A stretch of 64,000 nucleotides of DNA, taken from assembly GCA_021798195.1 (NCBI GenBank), contig JAJZYH010000004.1, positions 8,095-72,094 of the forward strand. Reading direction: 5' to 3'. The translations under genes were made by a program, and so were the position numbers. The stretch is from Thermoplasmata archaeon. GTDB lineage: Archaea; Thermoplasmatota; Thermoplasmata; Lutacidiplasmatales; UBA184. A model generated the notes under the pieces. That model made no database searches. It saw only the letters and a list, made by a program, of their open reading frames with translations, and had not been told where the DNA came from. This document shows, one piece after another, positions 54,297 to 64,000 of the stretch (position 1 is the stretch's first letter; each line of letters opens with the position of its first letter).

Positions 54297-55094
54297 ATGA
54301 CCCGAGAGGGGGCGACGCGGGCCCGGGTCCGAACCCCGAGGGGACCTTGGACGGGGGAAGAGGTCCCCCCGGCTCTTTCGGGGGAGTTCGCCCAATCCCC
54401 CGGGGCCCGGTGGATCCGTCGGACCCGCACCGTCCCCCTTCCTTCCTGGGAGAGCGTCCGACGCCGGGTGGATGCCGGCATCCCGTTCGGGGTCGCCGTA
54501 CGGATCTGGGATGCCAGGGGGCGGACGCTCCTGGTCCGACCCGTTGGAGCGAGGGGGCTGGGGGATGTCTGGATGACCCCGGGGGGAGGCGGCGGACCGG
54601 GGGAACTCCCCGCGGCATCCCTCCGGAGGGAGGTCGAGGAGGAAACGGGGGGGACCCTCCGAGACCCATTCCTCTGGAAGGTGTTCCAGGAGACCGTGCG
54701 TGCCCGCTCAAGGCCCCCGGTACGGTGGTTCTTCCTCCAGTATGTGGCGCAATGGGGAGGAGGGCGACCCCGGCCGCGGGACCGGGGGGAGATCGCCACG
54801 GCCCGATGGTTCCGACGGCTCCCGGCGAACATGATGTGGAGGGAGGATTGGATCCGGGCCCCGCGTCCCCTTGGGCATGGCTCCGGGCCCGGGCCCCGGT
54901 ACGGGATCAACCCAGGAACTGGGGGGTCCGCTCCCGGCAGAGCGTCTGCAGGGCGGCGAACCGTTCCACCATCTGCCGCCGAACGTCCGGCAGATCCGAC
55001 GCGGGTAGGTCCGGGGCGTACCGCAGGTCCCAATCCACGTCGACCCGGCTCTTCAGGAACTCCGGGACGGGAACGTCGGGGTCGTGAGCGATGA
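54297..55094 (+). CDS. Nudix hydrolase with a low-complexity Pro/Gly/Arg-rich tail
   Basis: Nudix box GGGGGPGELPAASLRREVEEETGG (Gx5Ex7REUxEExGU). The tail overlaps the convergent phosphatase-like gene. Confidence 0.6.
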   Translation: MTREGATRARVRTPRGPWTGEEVPPALSGEFAQSPGARWIRRTRTVPLPSWESVRRRVDAGIPFGVAVRIWDARGRTLLVRPVGARGLGDVWMTPGGGGGPGELPAASLRREVEEETGGTLRDPFLWKVFQETVRARSRPPVRWFFLQYVAQWGGGRPRPRDRGEIATARWFRRLPANMMWREDWIRAPRPLGHGSGPGPRYGINPGTGGSAPGRASAGRRTVPPSAAERPADPTRVGPGRTAGPNPRRPGSSGTPGRERRGRER

Positions 55095-55323
55095 GCACCA
55101 CGACGCGCATGAAGCTCAGGAGGACGGGGTCCACGGCTCTCGGGGGGTGATCGGGGATCGGCAGGTCCGCGAGGAGTTCCCGCAGTTGCGGGTGGAAGGA
55201 GGCCGCCGCGCGAAGGCCCGCCGAAGTGGCCCTCCACCGGGGAGGTGCCCGGGCGTTGAAGGCCGACTCGGCGGCCAGGGAAAGGAGGGCGTTGTCCGGG
55301 CAGACAAACAGGAGGGTGGGCAT
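54907..55323 (-). CDS. low-molecular-weight phosphatase / ArsC-like protein with a degenerate P-loop (CPDNALLS instead of CxGNxxRS)
   Basis: MPTLLFVCPDNALLS...DVDWDLRYAPD has an LMW-PTP/ArsC fold layout with the nucleophilic Cys retained but the P-loop Arg lost. 138 aa. Confidence 0.45.
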   Translation of the reverse strand: MPTLLFVCPDNALLSLAAESAFNARAPPRWRATSAGLRAAASFHPQLRELLADLPIPDHPPRAVDPVLLSFMRVVVLIAHDPDVPVPEFLKSRVDVDWDLRYAPDLPASDLPDVRRQMVERFAALQTLCRERTPQFLG

Positions 55324-55762
55324 CGCGGCAACCCATCTGGAACGCCCTACTTCAACGCGCCGCCAGGGAGCGGCGAAGCGGCTTCCGCGTCCCATGTGTT
55401 CCACGGAGCCTCGGGCAGAGTCCGAATGACTCGGGGCCGCGGACGGGAGGTTCATGGCACGGGGCGCGAGGCTCGGGCTGCTGCGCAGAGAGGGACCGAA
55501 GGAGGCCGATCCTCTTGAACAGGCCGGGGGAAATGGCTCTTGACGCGAGGCCCTGACCTTCGAAGGCAGGTCCGGGGCGGAGGGAGCCCAAGAGCCCCGG
55601 GGGTTCAAGAACGAGGGAGCCCCCGGGGGCCCGATCACTCTGGAGGACCGTGGATGTGGTGGGGGTGGGGCCGAAGGGGTGGTCCTTGCGCCTCCGCGTC
55701 GGTCGAAGGCGGGGATGACCCTTGTGCCGGGGAAGGGGCCGGAGCAAAGAACGCTTTCAACG

Positions 55763-56635
55763 TCAGGCGGGGCGTTGGGCTATCACGAGCAGGCGGTGGG
55801 AGGTGACGCGAAGACTCCCCGTGGCCAAGATCCCGTGGTGAATCTCCTCCAGCATGGCACGGTGGCGGGAGACGGAGAAGCCGGGCACCTCCCACGGGAT
55901 GGCCTTAAGGTAGTACACGACAGCGCCCACGTCCAGGAATTCGGTGAAGCCGATCCACTCCTCTTGCCTCCGCACTACGAAACCCGCTCGTGCGATCTCA
56001 TTCGCCAGGGCAGCACTGCTGGAAACGTCGTTGGTGGGCACGCTCGCCTCCGCCCCGAACCGCTCCCTGAGTTCCACGTTGTTGAGCCCTCCCACTTGCT
56101 GAGCGACGAACGATCCCCCCGGTGCGAGGACACGGTGAACCTCCCCGGGATCGAATTCCTCGTGACGGTCGAGCACGAGATCGACCCCCCCATCGGGAAG
56201 CGGAATGCGATTGTCGGGCCCGATGGGTAGGACTTGGACACCGAGGGGAGTTAGACGGCGTCGGGCGACCTCAAGATTCGGCGCGTACCCCTCGGTGGCG
56301 AACGTCTTGCGCGGAAGGGGGGCCATCGAGGAGAGGACCTCGCCGCCTCCCGTCCCCAGATCGAGGAGGCCGGACGCATGGGCGATCCTATCCCGCGCGA
56401 GCGCAGAGTAGTCCCAGGGAGGGTTCTCGTGGCGCCATCGGCCATCCAGCGCCGAGAAGTCCCATCCCGAGAAGGGGGTCCGGGACGCCTCGGATACAAG
56501 TTGGTCGAAGCTCTTGGCGGAGGCGGGCACAGGAGACCCGGAACCGCATCTTGTCCTTAACCTCGTTGAACCGCCGACCCCTTCCCACGCCGGGGAGGCG
56601 GGAAGCGTACCCGGGGGGAACGAGTCTTCTCCCAT
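55763..56635 (-). CDS. class I SAM-dependent methyltransferase
   Basis: Motif I LLDLGTGGGEVL and a downstream acidic residue and motif II in a Rossmann order. The exact start is uncertain. Confidence 0.6.
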   Translation of the reverse strand: MGEDSFPPGTLPASPAWEGVGGSTRLRTRCGSGSPVPASAKSFDQLVSEASRTPFSGWDFSALDGRWRHENPPWDYSALARDRIAHASGLLDLGTGGGEVLSSMAPLPRKTFATEGYAPNLEVARRRLTPLGVQVLPIGPDNRIPLPDGGVDLVLDRHEEFDPGEVHRVLAPGGSFVAQQVGGLNNVELRERFGAEASVPTNDVSSSAALANEIARAGFVVRRQEEWIGFTEFLDVGAVVYYLKAIPWEVPGFSVSRHRAMLEEIHHGILATGSLRVTSHRLLVIAQRPA

Positions 56636-57177
56636 CCCTCGGTCCCCTGCAGGGGCACGGCCTCCCGGGTCCGCATCTCACACGTCCAATGGGCGGGGCT
56701 CGCGAGGACCTCCAGGACGCCCTCGCCCTCGACTTGAGGGTTCCAGCCCTGCCACCCGTGGTAGTAGTCACGCATGCCGTTCCGGGGGACACGATGCGCA
56801 CCCCATTGCCCTCCCATGGGGGCAGAGTTCCTGAGGGATCGCGTGGTGGCCTCAGCAGCTCGGTATGAGCTTGGCCGGGGGCGAGGCGCCCCACACCCTC
56901 GGCACAAGTCGGAAGAGCGGGGCCCCAGGCACCGAGCGAGGACCTGCCCAAGGGATCAGCCCGAGGGATAGGTCCCAACGTGGACAAGGGCCGCGCCAAT
57001 GTCCGAGGGCGACGGGCAATGAAGAACGGGGAGGGCGAGCTCGGGCACCCATCCAGTGGGTGGGAGGTGGGGTTCCCTTTGGGGGGAACGGATGGGATCC
57101 TCCCCAGGGGTCGGGAACCTGCCTTGGCCCCTCACACGGTGGGTCCACCGGACGATCTTTCGGTGACCTCCCTCGGG

Positions 57178-57259
57178 CGCTGAGGGGGAGATTCGAACTC
57201 CCGTGGCTGACGCCACCGGTTTTCAAGACCGGCGCCCTACCAGGCTAGGCTACCTCAGC
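57178..57259 (-). tRNA. tRNA-Ser (TGA)
   Basis: GCUGAGG acceptor, anticodon loop CUUGAAA, a 13-nt variable arm, T-arm GGGAGUUCGAAUCUCCC, discriminator G. Confidence 0.75.
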
Positions 57260-57308
57260 GCGTGGGCCCGGCACGGGAGCGGACCACATTAATGTGTGGC
57301 CCGAGGAG

Positions 57309-57409
57309 TGCAGGCGCCGGGACTTTCGCCCCCCACCGGACCGGTGCGGGGTTTCGAACCCGGGTAGTCAGCTTGGAAGGCTGAAATCCTACCACTAGAT
57401 TACGCCTGC
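57309..57409 (-). tRNA. tRNA-Gly (TCC) interrupted by a putative ~30-nt non-canonical intron in the 3' strand of the T-stem
   Basis: Removing the minus-strand 30-mer CGCACCGGTCCGGTGGGGGGCGAAAGTCCC (57348..57319) gives a perfect 71-nt cloverleaf: acceptor GCAGGCG/CGCCUGC, anticodon stem UCAGC/GCUGA with loop CUUCCAA, T-arm CCGGG-UUCGAAA-CCCGG, discriminator A. Confidence 0.55.
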
Positions 57410-57443
57410 CTCTCCGGGGCCGCCGGCGCATGAGCCGAAGGGG

Positions 57444-58070
57444 TTAAAGGTTGTTCGCCGCGGGGCGGCCCGAAGGCCCTGCGCTCCCCTTGCCGGGCAT
57501 GTGGTGCGGGCCGGATCCGGGAAGGTCCGTGAGCGCCACAAGCTCCAGGGCAAGGAGTTCCCACCGTTCCGGGGGGACCGATCGGAGATCCGCGGAGGAA
57601 AAGCCGAGCCGCGCCATGGTGCGCTCCGAGGGCGCCCTGGGGAACGCCTCCGGATCGGGCTCAAGGTTCAGGGCCTCCAGGAGGGGGGAGGCCCACTCCC
57701 CGGGAGAGGTCACCACCACGAAGGAAAGGCTGTCTTCCCGTAGGCCCACCCTCCCCAGGGCGGGGGAGAGCTGGTCCCAACCCGCGAGGTAGAGGGCGAG
57801 TTCGGCGCCCGGGTCGGTGAGGTGGGCCCTTCCCTCCTGTCGGGCCCTCTCCGCATGGAGGACCGCGGACGCAAGGTGGCGCGCTCCCGCCACGGAGTCC
57901 GCATCCAGAAGCTGCGCCCACCCCTTCCCTTCCTCCCCCGCCCGGGATCGGAGCCATCTCTGGAGCCCGTCCAGGAGCTCCAGTGGGTTCCTCTGATCGC
58001 CGGGAGCCATCCGGGCGCCCAACGCCACGTACTCCTCGGGCGCGCCCGGGAACTCGGCCTGGGAGGTCAT
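57444..58070 (-). CDS. hypothetical protein
   Basis: Sense-oriented ORF with coding-like composition. No recognisable domain. Confidence 0.35.
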   Translation of the reverse strand: MTSQAEFPGAPEEYVALGARMAPGDQRNPLELLDGLQRWLRSRAGEEGKGWAQLLDADSVAGARHLASAVLHAERARQEGRAHLTDPGAELALYLAGWDQLSPALGRVGLREDSLSFVVVTSPGEWASPLLEALNLEPDPEAFPRAPSERTMARLGFSSADLRSVPPERWELLALELVALTDLPGSGPHHMPGKGSAGPSGRPAANNL

Positions 58071-58103
58071 GGATGGCGCGGCCTGGGGGGGCACCGTCCT
58101 CCC

Positions 58104-58715
58104 TCAGGACTCCAGGAACCGGATGAATTCTTCCCGGGTGCGGGGCTTCAGGACGTAGTTGTGGCCCTTCTCCCAGCCGATGGTGGAGGTGGGCGTCGGG
58201 CCATAATCGTGCCCGGGGAGGACCACCGTGGCATCGGCGAGTTGGATGACCTTCCCGAAGAGGCTGTCGTACATCTGGGAAGGGCTCCCGCCGGGCAGGT
58301 CCGTTCGGCCGCATTCCCCCACGAAGAGGGTATCTCCCGTGGCCACGTGCCCCTCGAAGAGGTAGAGGACGCTGTCCCCCGTGTGCCCCGGAGTGTGGAG
58401 CACATGGATGGGAAGCCCATCCACCGTGAGGACATCCCCCTCGCGCAGGGAGACGTCCTGGTCCAGGGGCGCGGTGTGGAACGCCGCCACCTTGGCTCCC
58501 GTCCGGGCGCGCACATCCTGGTTGCCCGCGTAATGGTCCGGATGGCTGTGCGTGTTGAGGATGTAGCGGACCTTCACCCCCAGTTCATCGATGGCCGTCA
58601 GGACGGGGTCGATCCCGTAGGAGGGGTCGATCACCACCCCTTCTCCCCGGTCCCGCCCCGCCACGATGTACGTGAAGTTCTGGACCGGCCCGATCCGGAA
58701 CTGCCGAAGGAGCAT
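58104..58715 (-). CDS. MBL-fold metallo-hydrolase (glyoxalase II / hydroxyacylglutathione hydrolase-like)
   Basis: HxHxDH motif NTHSHPDHYAG, followed by HTPGHT, and a later D and H (LPGHDYG). Confidence 0.8.
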   Translation of the reverse strand: MLLRQFRIGPVQNFTYIVAGRDRGEGVVIDPSYGIDPVLTAIDELGVKVRYILNTHSHPDHYAGNQDVRARTGAKVAAFHTAPLDQDVSLREGDVLTVDGLPIHVLHTPGHTGDSVLYLFEGHVATGDTLFVGECGRTDLPGGSPSQMYDSLFGKVIQLADATVVLPGHDYGPTPTSTIGWEKGHNYVLKPRTREEFIRFLES

Positions 58716-58772
58716 GACCTGGGGGAACCCCTTCCCGATTTGAGATTTCCACCCCGGGGTCGAGTTCCGCGT

Positions 58773-59756
58773 TCAATCGGCGAAGGGGGTCGAGTCCTCC
58801 TCGAGGACCTCCCCGGTGACCGCGTCGATCACCAGGCGCCCGGTCCACCCCTCCACGACCCAGTACGGAACGTAGACCAGGTTGGCGGGGCCCAGGGTGA
58901 TCTCCTCGTCCTGGGGGGGTACCCGTCTGCGCTCGATGATGAGGGCCCCCCCCCGGTGCTCGGTGTGGTCCACGTACCCGGCGTGCCGTTCCCGGAGGGC
59001 TTCCCGGGCCCGGGCCTCGGCGTCACCAGGAGAGAGGACCGGCTCCTGCTGCTGGTGCGGGACCGAGAGGGAGGAGACCAGCTCCCGCTCCCCGGGGGGC
59101 CAGAAGACGACGTGCCCGGTGAGCGCCTGGACCGCGGCAAGGGCGGGACCCGTCCGGGGTCGACCATCCCCCCCCACCACGACGTACCCGAAGAGATAAT
59201 GGGGGAGCAGGAGAAGGGTGGAATGCAACGGGACCAGGCGGGCCTCGGCCATGCGCATGGCATCCGCCTGGTCCAGGCGGGGCCGGATCACCTGTTCCCC
59301 TGCCGGCCAGAGATCGGGGGGGAGGGTGGAATCCCCGGGGCCCGCCGTCCTCTCCGCTCTCCATTCTCGGGGGGCCCGTATGGGGAGCGGAGCGGGGGAC
59401 CCCGGGACCCCTTCTCCCCCGGGGGAGGCCCCGGGCAGCAGCAGGTCCCCCAGGACCCTGGGCAGGTCCCTCCATGAGACCACTGCCCCCCCGGATGCAG
59501 CGCTCTGCGGGAGAGGCCCGTCGGGCAACTCCGGATCGAAGACCACCGTCAGGGTTCGCGGGGGGCTGCCACCCCCCTCGGGATCTGGGGAGGCCCCGAT
59601 CCCCCCCGCCTCGCTCAGGGTATGGACAACGGTCACGCTCTGGCGCCCCTGGGGCCGAAGAGCGGTCCACGAACTTCCCCGGGGATGGATCTCGTAGCCG
59701 GCCGCAAGGAGGAGGGCGCGGAAGGTCTCCTCGGTCTCGGAGAGGGAGGGGGACAC
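58773..59756 (-). CDS. hypothetical protein (C-terminal PepSY/NTF2-like segment?)
   Basis: The C-terminus ...[26 protein letters not shown] looks like a beta-rich small domain. The N-terminal two-thirds are low complexity. Divergent from CDC48. Confidence 0.35.
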   Translation of the reverse strand: MSPSLSETEETFRALLLAAGYEIHPRGSSWTALRPQGRQSVTVVHTLSEAGGIGASPDPEGGGSPPRTLTVVFDPELPDGPLPQSAASGGAVVSWRDLPRVLGDLLLPGASPGGEGVPGSPAPLPIRAPREWRAERTAGPGDSTLPPDLWPAGEQVIRPRLDQADAMRMAEARLVPLHSTLLLLPHYLFGYVVVGGDGRPRTGPALAAVQALTGHVVFWPPGERELVSSLSVPHQQQEPVLSPGDAEARAREALRERHAGYVDHTEHRGGALIIERRRVPPQDEEITLGPANLVYVPYWVVEGWTGRLVIDAVTGEVLEEDSTPFAD

Positions 59757-59885
59757 GGAGCCGGGAAGGACGTGCGGGGCTATGACACAGGCGGTCCCGG
59801 GGGGGGAGAGCCCGCCGGAAGGGCCGGTTCCCTCCCACCCGACCTAAGAGCTTATGGGGGCTCACCGGTTCAATCGTTCTCCCCT

Positions 59886-62111
59886 ATGGTCGAGTCGGTG
59901 ACCCTCCGCGTGGCCGAGGCGTTCCAGAACGATATCGGGCTGGGCACCGCCCGGATCGACGTGGGGACCCGCCAGCGCCTGAAGGTGGGGGTGGGCGACA
60001 TCATCGAGATCCGGGGCAAGAAGACCACCGCCGCCGTGGTGGGGCGCTCCCAGACGGAGGACGAGGGAAAGGGGATCATCCGGGTGGAGGCCGTGGTCCG
60101 TCGCAACGCGGGGGTCTCCATCGGGGAACGGGTCGTGGTGAACCGCGTCGATTGCCCCGTGGCCGACTCGGTGACCATCGCGCCCATCTATTCGGGCTCC
60201 AACCGCATGGAACTCGGTCCGGGGCTGGAACAGTTCGTGTCCAAGGCCCTGAGCCACCGCCCGTTCGTCCGGGGCGACGTGTTCGTGATCCCGGGGGTCT
60301 TCCTCATGGGGGGAGCTCTCCCCTTCATGGTCGTGGCCACCGCGCCCAAGGGCATCGTCCAGGTGGGCCCCAGCACGCTCATCACCATCCGGGAGGAGAC
60401 GGTCACCGAGACCGAGATCGCGGCCCCGAGGATCTCCTACGAGGACATCGGCGGGCTCCGGGAGAAGCTCGCCCGGGTCCGGGAGATGATCGAGCTTCCC
60501 CTGAAGCACCCCGAGCTCTTCGACCGGCTGGCCATCTCCCCCCCCAAGGGGGTCCTCCTCTACGGCCCCCCGGGGACCGGAAAGACCCTCATCGCCAAGG
60601 CGGTGGCCAACGAGGCGGGAGCCCACTTCATCTCCATCGCGGGCCCCGAGATCATCAACAAGTACTACGGGGAGAGCGAGAAGGAGCTCCGGGAGAAGTT
60701 CGAGGAGGCCGAGAAGAACGCCCCCTCGGTGATCTTCATCGATGAGATCGATTCCATCGCGCCGCGCCGCGACGAGGTCGTGGGGGAGGTGGAGCGCCGG
60801 GTGGTGGCCCAGCTCCTCACCCTCATGGACGGCCTTTCCGGGCGCGGCAACGTCATCGTCATCGCGGCCACCAACCGGGACGAGGCCGTGGACCCCGCCC
60901 TCCGGCGACCCGGGCGGTTCGACCGGGAGATCGAGATCGGGGTCCCCACGGCGGAGGGTCGGATGGAGATCCTCCAGATCCACACCCGGGGGATGCCCAT
61001 CGAAGGCACCGAGAAGGACCGGGAGAAGCTCCTCAAGGAACTCGCGGGCATGACCCACGGGTTCGTGGGGGCCGACCTCGCTGCCCTGGGGCGGGAGGCG
61101 GCCATGCGCGCCCTCCGGAGGTACCTCCCCGAGATCGACTTCGACAAGCCCATCTCGGTCTCCCTGCTGGAACGGATGAAGGTCACGCCCCAGGATTTCC
61201 GCGAGGCCCTCAAGCAGATCGAGCCCTCGAGCCTCCGGGACGTGGCCATCGAAGTGCCCTCGGTCCTCTGGGAGGACGTGGGGGGGCTCGAATCGGTGAA
61301 GGAGGAGCTCAAGGAATCCGTGGAACTCCCCTTCAAGAACCCCCAGGCGTTCCGGACCCTGGGCATCGATCCCCCCAAGGGGATCCTTCTCTACGGCCCC
61401 CCGGGCGTGGGGAAGACGCTCCTCGCCAAGGCGGTGGCCACCGAGAGCCAGGCCAACTTCATCTCCGTGAAGGGGCCCGAGGTGATGAGCAAATGGGTGG
61501 GCGAATCGGAGAAGGCCATCCGCATGATCTTCAAGAAGGCCCGGCAAGCGTCCCCGTCCATCGTGTTCATCGATGAGGTGGACTCCATCGCCCCCAAACG
61601 GGGCCTGCAGAACTCGAGCGGCGTCACGGAGCGCATCGTGAACCAGCTCCTCACCTCCATCGACGGCCTCGAGTCCCTGGAGCGGGTGATCGTCCTCGCC
61701 GCGACCAACCGCCCGGACATCCTCGACGATGCCCTCCTGAGGACCGGCCGGTTCGATCGACTCCTCTACGTGGGACCCCCGGATGCGGCGGCCCGCCTGG
61801 GCATCCTCAAGGTCCACACGAGGCGGATGCCCCTCGAGGGGGTCTCCCTGGAGGCGCTCGCCGAGCGGACCGAGGGGTTCGTGGGGAGCGACATCGCCTC
61901 CCTCTGCCGGGAGGCGGCCATGCGCGCCATCCGGGAGAACCCCGGGGCCCGCAAGGTCACCATGCAGCATTTCGAGGGGGCCCTGGAGAAGGCCCATGCC
62001 TCGGTGGATCAGGAGACCGAGCGCTTCTATGCGGAGTTCAGCAAGTCGTTCTCCCAGCAGCGCCTGGGGCGGGCCAAGGCACGGGAAGCCACCGACGTGA
62101 TCTACCGTTGA
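59886..62111 (+). CDS. cdc48: CDC48/VCP-like AAA+ ATPase (two AAA domains, double-psi-barrel N domain)
   Basis: N domain ([20 protein letters not shown]...), D1 Walker [16 protein letters not shown] / Walker [12 protein letters not shown]2 [15 protein letters not shown] / [10 protein letters not shown]. Start MVESVTL at 59886; the track start 59622 is an over-extension. Confidence 0.9.
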   Translation: MVESVTLRVAEAFQNDIGLGTARIDVGTRQRLKVGVGDIIEIRGKKTTAAVVGRSQTEDEGKGIIRVEAVVRRNAGVSIGERVVVNRVDCPVADSVTIAPIYSGSNRMELGPGLEQFVSKALSHRPFVRGDVFVIPGVFLMGGALPFMVVATAPKGIVQVGPSTLITIREETVTETEIAAPRISYEDIGGLREKLARVREMIELPLKHPELFDRLAISPPKGVLLYGPPGTGKTLIAKAVANEAGAHFISIAGPEIINKYYGESEKELREKFEEAEKNAPSVIFIDEIDSIAPRRDEVVGEVERRVVAQLLTLMDGLSGRGNVIVIAATNRDEAVDPALRRPGRFDREIEIGVPTAEGRMEILQIHTRGMPIEGTEKDREKLLKELAGMTHGFVGADLAALGREAAMRALRRYLPEIDFDKPISVSLLERMKVTPQDFREALKQIEPSSLRDVAIEVPSVLWEDVGGLESVKEELKESVELPFKNPQAFRTLGIDPPKGILLYGPPGVGKTLLAKAVATESQANFISVKGPEVMSKWVGESEKAIRMIFKKARQASPSIVFIDEVDSIAPKRGLQNSSGVTERIVNQLLTSIDGLESLERVIVLAATNRPDILDDALLRTGRFDRLLYVGPPDAAARLGILKVHTRRMPLEGVSLEALAERTEGFVGSDIASLCREAAMRAIRENPGARKVTMQHFEGALEKAHASVDQETERFYAEFSKSFSQQRLGRAKAREATDVIYR

Positions 62112-62261
62112 GGCCCATGGGGTCCCGGGGATCCCCCACGGGTTCACGGAGGCCCATCCCAGGGGCCCAGGGATGCCCCAACTTCCCAAACTATAAGTAG
62201 AGGGCTAGAGTTGGCGCCGCGTTTCCCGTCAGGGAAGCTCTGCCAAGGAGACGTGAAGAAC

Positions 62262-64000
62262 AATGAACCATGGGGCGATGAAGTGTGCCCTCCTCGCCAC
62301 GGTCCTCGTGCTTGTGATGAGCATCTTCGCCCAAGTGGCACTGGCCAGTGGACCCACCACGAACAAGCTCGCGGTGGAAGTCACCGTGAACGGGCAGCCG
62401 GCGCCCGCCAAGGTAAACGTCACCGTGACCAACCCCGCCAATGGGGCCCAATGCGTGGCCCCCACCGGCACGGGAGGCTATGCCTTCTTCACCAGCACCG
62501 CCTGCCCCGCCCTCCAGTCCGGATGGTGGTCCGCCAATGTGGAGCCCCAGGTTGACGAGGTGGCCACGGGCCTCCCCGCCATGCTCTTCCTCCCCGCCAC
62601 CCAAGAAGCGCCGGCGCAGTTCTACAGTGCCTCGCTCCTGGCCAGCGGCACCGCCGCGGCCTACGTGAACGGCGTGAAGGAACTCCCCCTGTCCAGCGCG
62701 ATCCATGGGAACGTGACCTACGGAGGATCGGTGCTCACCTCCCCCGTCTCGGTCCGCCTCCTGGATGCGAGCTTCCCGGGCTTCGTGATCGCCAGCACAT
62801 CCCAGCCCACGGGGGCCAACTTCGCCCTGGACGCCCCCCAGGGGACCTGGACCCTTGTCGCGGCAGGGAACGTCACCGGGGCCACCACGGAGCGGTACAA
62901 CTACACGATGGTGTCGGTGACTTCCTCCCGCGTGCAACAGAACCTGAGCCTGGGTAACTACCTCATCTCCGGGAGCATCGAACCCACCAACGGGGTCTTC
63001 TTCACCAATCCCGTGAACCTGACGCTCTACCAGACCTCCACCACAGGCATCTACAGCCGGGTCTCGGACACGGGATCCCCCTACTTCCAGATGGGGGACT
63101 TCGCCACTCCCTCGGGAGGGGCGAACCAGTTCCTCCTGTTCCTGGCCCCCGTGGGCTACAGCACCTCGTGGGCCTACGTGACCGCGAGCGCGGGCTCTCC
63201 CTCCACCTCCCTCACGGTCCACGTGATCCCGGACTCGATGGCTCCCACCCAGAGCACCACCGTGATCTCGTTCCCCACGGTCTTCACCTCCGCCACGGTG
63301 AACTCCTGGGTGAACATGACCAACGACAGCACGTTCCCGGTGCTGGCCAATTCCACCGTAGGGGACCTCTGGGCCCAGATCGGGCTCGATTTCGGGGGCG
63401 GTGTACCCAACGCCACCACCTCGGCCTTCTCCGCGTTCCGTTCTTGGCTCAACTCCACGGGGCCCATCTACCCGGTCGATGCCATGGGGCTCGCGGTCAA
63501 CGGCACATCCTACAATGACACCGGGGCCTATGGGCGTGCCAGCACGTCCATTGCCGGGACGACCCCCTTCACGAGCTCCGCGGGGTTCCAGTACAACACC
63601 AGCGGGAGCTACCAGATCGCCAAGGGGGCGAAGCTCGTCGCCAACGGGAACAGCTACAACCTCCTCTTCGGATTCGACTATGCCACGGCCCAGGAAGCCT
63701 ACCACTACCGCTTCGTCCTGCCCACGGGATACGTCTTGTCGGCCGGGACCCAGGCCCCCGCCGGGACCTCCCTGGTCCCCTCGGGACCGGGCAACACCTG
63801 GACCAGCTTCACCCTGATCCCGGGGACGTCCTACTCCGGGATGGGCAGCGCCAACTTCACGGTGGTGAAGTACTCCAAGGTCACCGCCATCGTCAACGTC
63901 ACCTCGTCGAACTTCGCCTTCAGCGCCAAGAACATCCTGAACTCCTCCCGGAGCAACTACACGGCCCTCGTGGGTGAGGGCCAGCCGGTGGACCTGTCCG
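62262..64000 (+). CDS. secreted S-layer-like surface glycoprotein (5' part; continues beyond the window)
   Basis: Signal peptide MNHGAMKCALLATVLVLVMSIFAQVALA, then a Thr/Ser/Gly/Asn-rich sequence with many N-x-S/T sequons (NVTVTNP, NVTYGG, NVTGATT, NYTMVS, NLSLGN, NLTLYQ, NMTNDS, NSTVG, NATTS, NSTGP, NGTSYNDT, NTSGS...). Open to the end of the window. Absent from the ORF track because no stop is reached. Confidence 0.6.

Noticed and set aside
52334-55336. 1000-aa minus-strand ORF
   Set aside because: Extremely Pro/Gly/Arg-rich. Overlaps mutS in another frame and continues across the Nudix gene.
56636-57177. ORF-poor 540 bp facing the 3' end of tRNA-Ser as an integrated-element remnant
   Set aside because: No integrase gene, no direct repeat of the tRNA 3' end, and no compositional shift were detectable. 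Left as unexplained intergenic DNA.
57263-57300. Imperfect hairpin (ccacat-taa-tgtgtgg) between the two tRNA genes as a terminator
   Set aside because: Short and imperfect. It could equally be processing-related. Not enough to call.
59862-62189. 775-aa minus-strand ORF
   Set aside because: Antisense to CDC48.
1-64000. CRISPR arrays and rRNA genes
   Set aside because: No spaced direct-repeat arrays and no rRNA-like conserved stretches were seen on either strand.

Overview
High-GC (~68%) chromosomal segment that I infer is archaeal. Evidence: transcription factor B, the proteasome-activating nucleotidase PAN, a proteasome beta subunit, CDC48/VCP, an archaeal CPSF1 (KH + beta-CASP) homologue, ribosomal protein L10e, pantoate kinase, a split GMP-synthase subunit B, an initiator tRNA-Met with an A1:U72 pair, and a tRNA-Gly that appears to carry a non-canonical intron. 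Lineage is uncertain; an uncultivated Thermoplasmatota- or Thermoproteota-like archaeon is my guess from gene content. I call about 55 protein-coding genes and 3 tRNAs. There is no rRNA and no CRISPR array. Genes are tightly packed, with several 4-nt or 8-nt start/stop overlaps (ATGA, GTGA, ATGCGTAG).

Contents in order:
- a phosphate-homeostasis neighbourhood (Ppx/GppA 3' fragment, two tandem thymidylate kinases, a SixA-like phosphohistidine phosphatase, PhoU)
- a ClC chloride channel and a GT-B sugar transferase
- a nickel superoxide dismutase with its divergent SodX-type maturation peptidase
- a housekeeping block (PAN, FolC, endonuclease III, AlaRS) bracketed by two divergent KaiC/GvpD-like ATPase paralogues
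- a type-E-like succinate dehydrogenase operon (sdhA, sdhB, CCG-domain subunit)
- a 5.1-kb IS-bounded composite insertion flanked by an 8-bp direct repeat, carrying a markedly low-GC, heavily N-glycosylation-sequon-rich surface-protein gene
- a proteasome beta subunit, aCPSF1, and a surface-glycan locus (alkaline-phosphatase-family phosphodiesterase, a GT4 glycosyltransferase, a 1160-aa polytopic membrane protein)
- a bacterial-type MutS-MutL operon with a translationally coupled GNAT gene and an adjacent Hjc-like nuclease
- Nudix, a pseudo-LMW-phosphatase and a methyltransferase
- tRNA-Ser and an intron-containing tRNA-Gly
- CDC48, and the 5' part of a second S-layer-like glycoprotein running off the window.

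Many long ORFs in the six-frame track are antisense or N-terminally over-extended artefacts of the high GC content and were not called.
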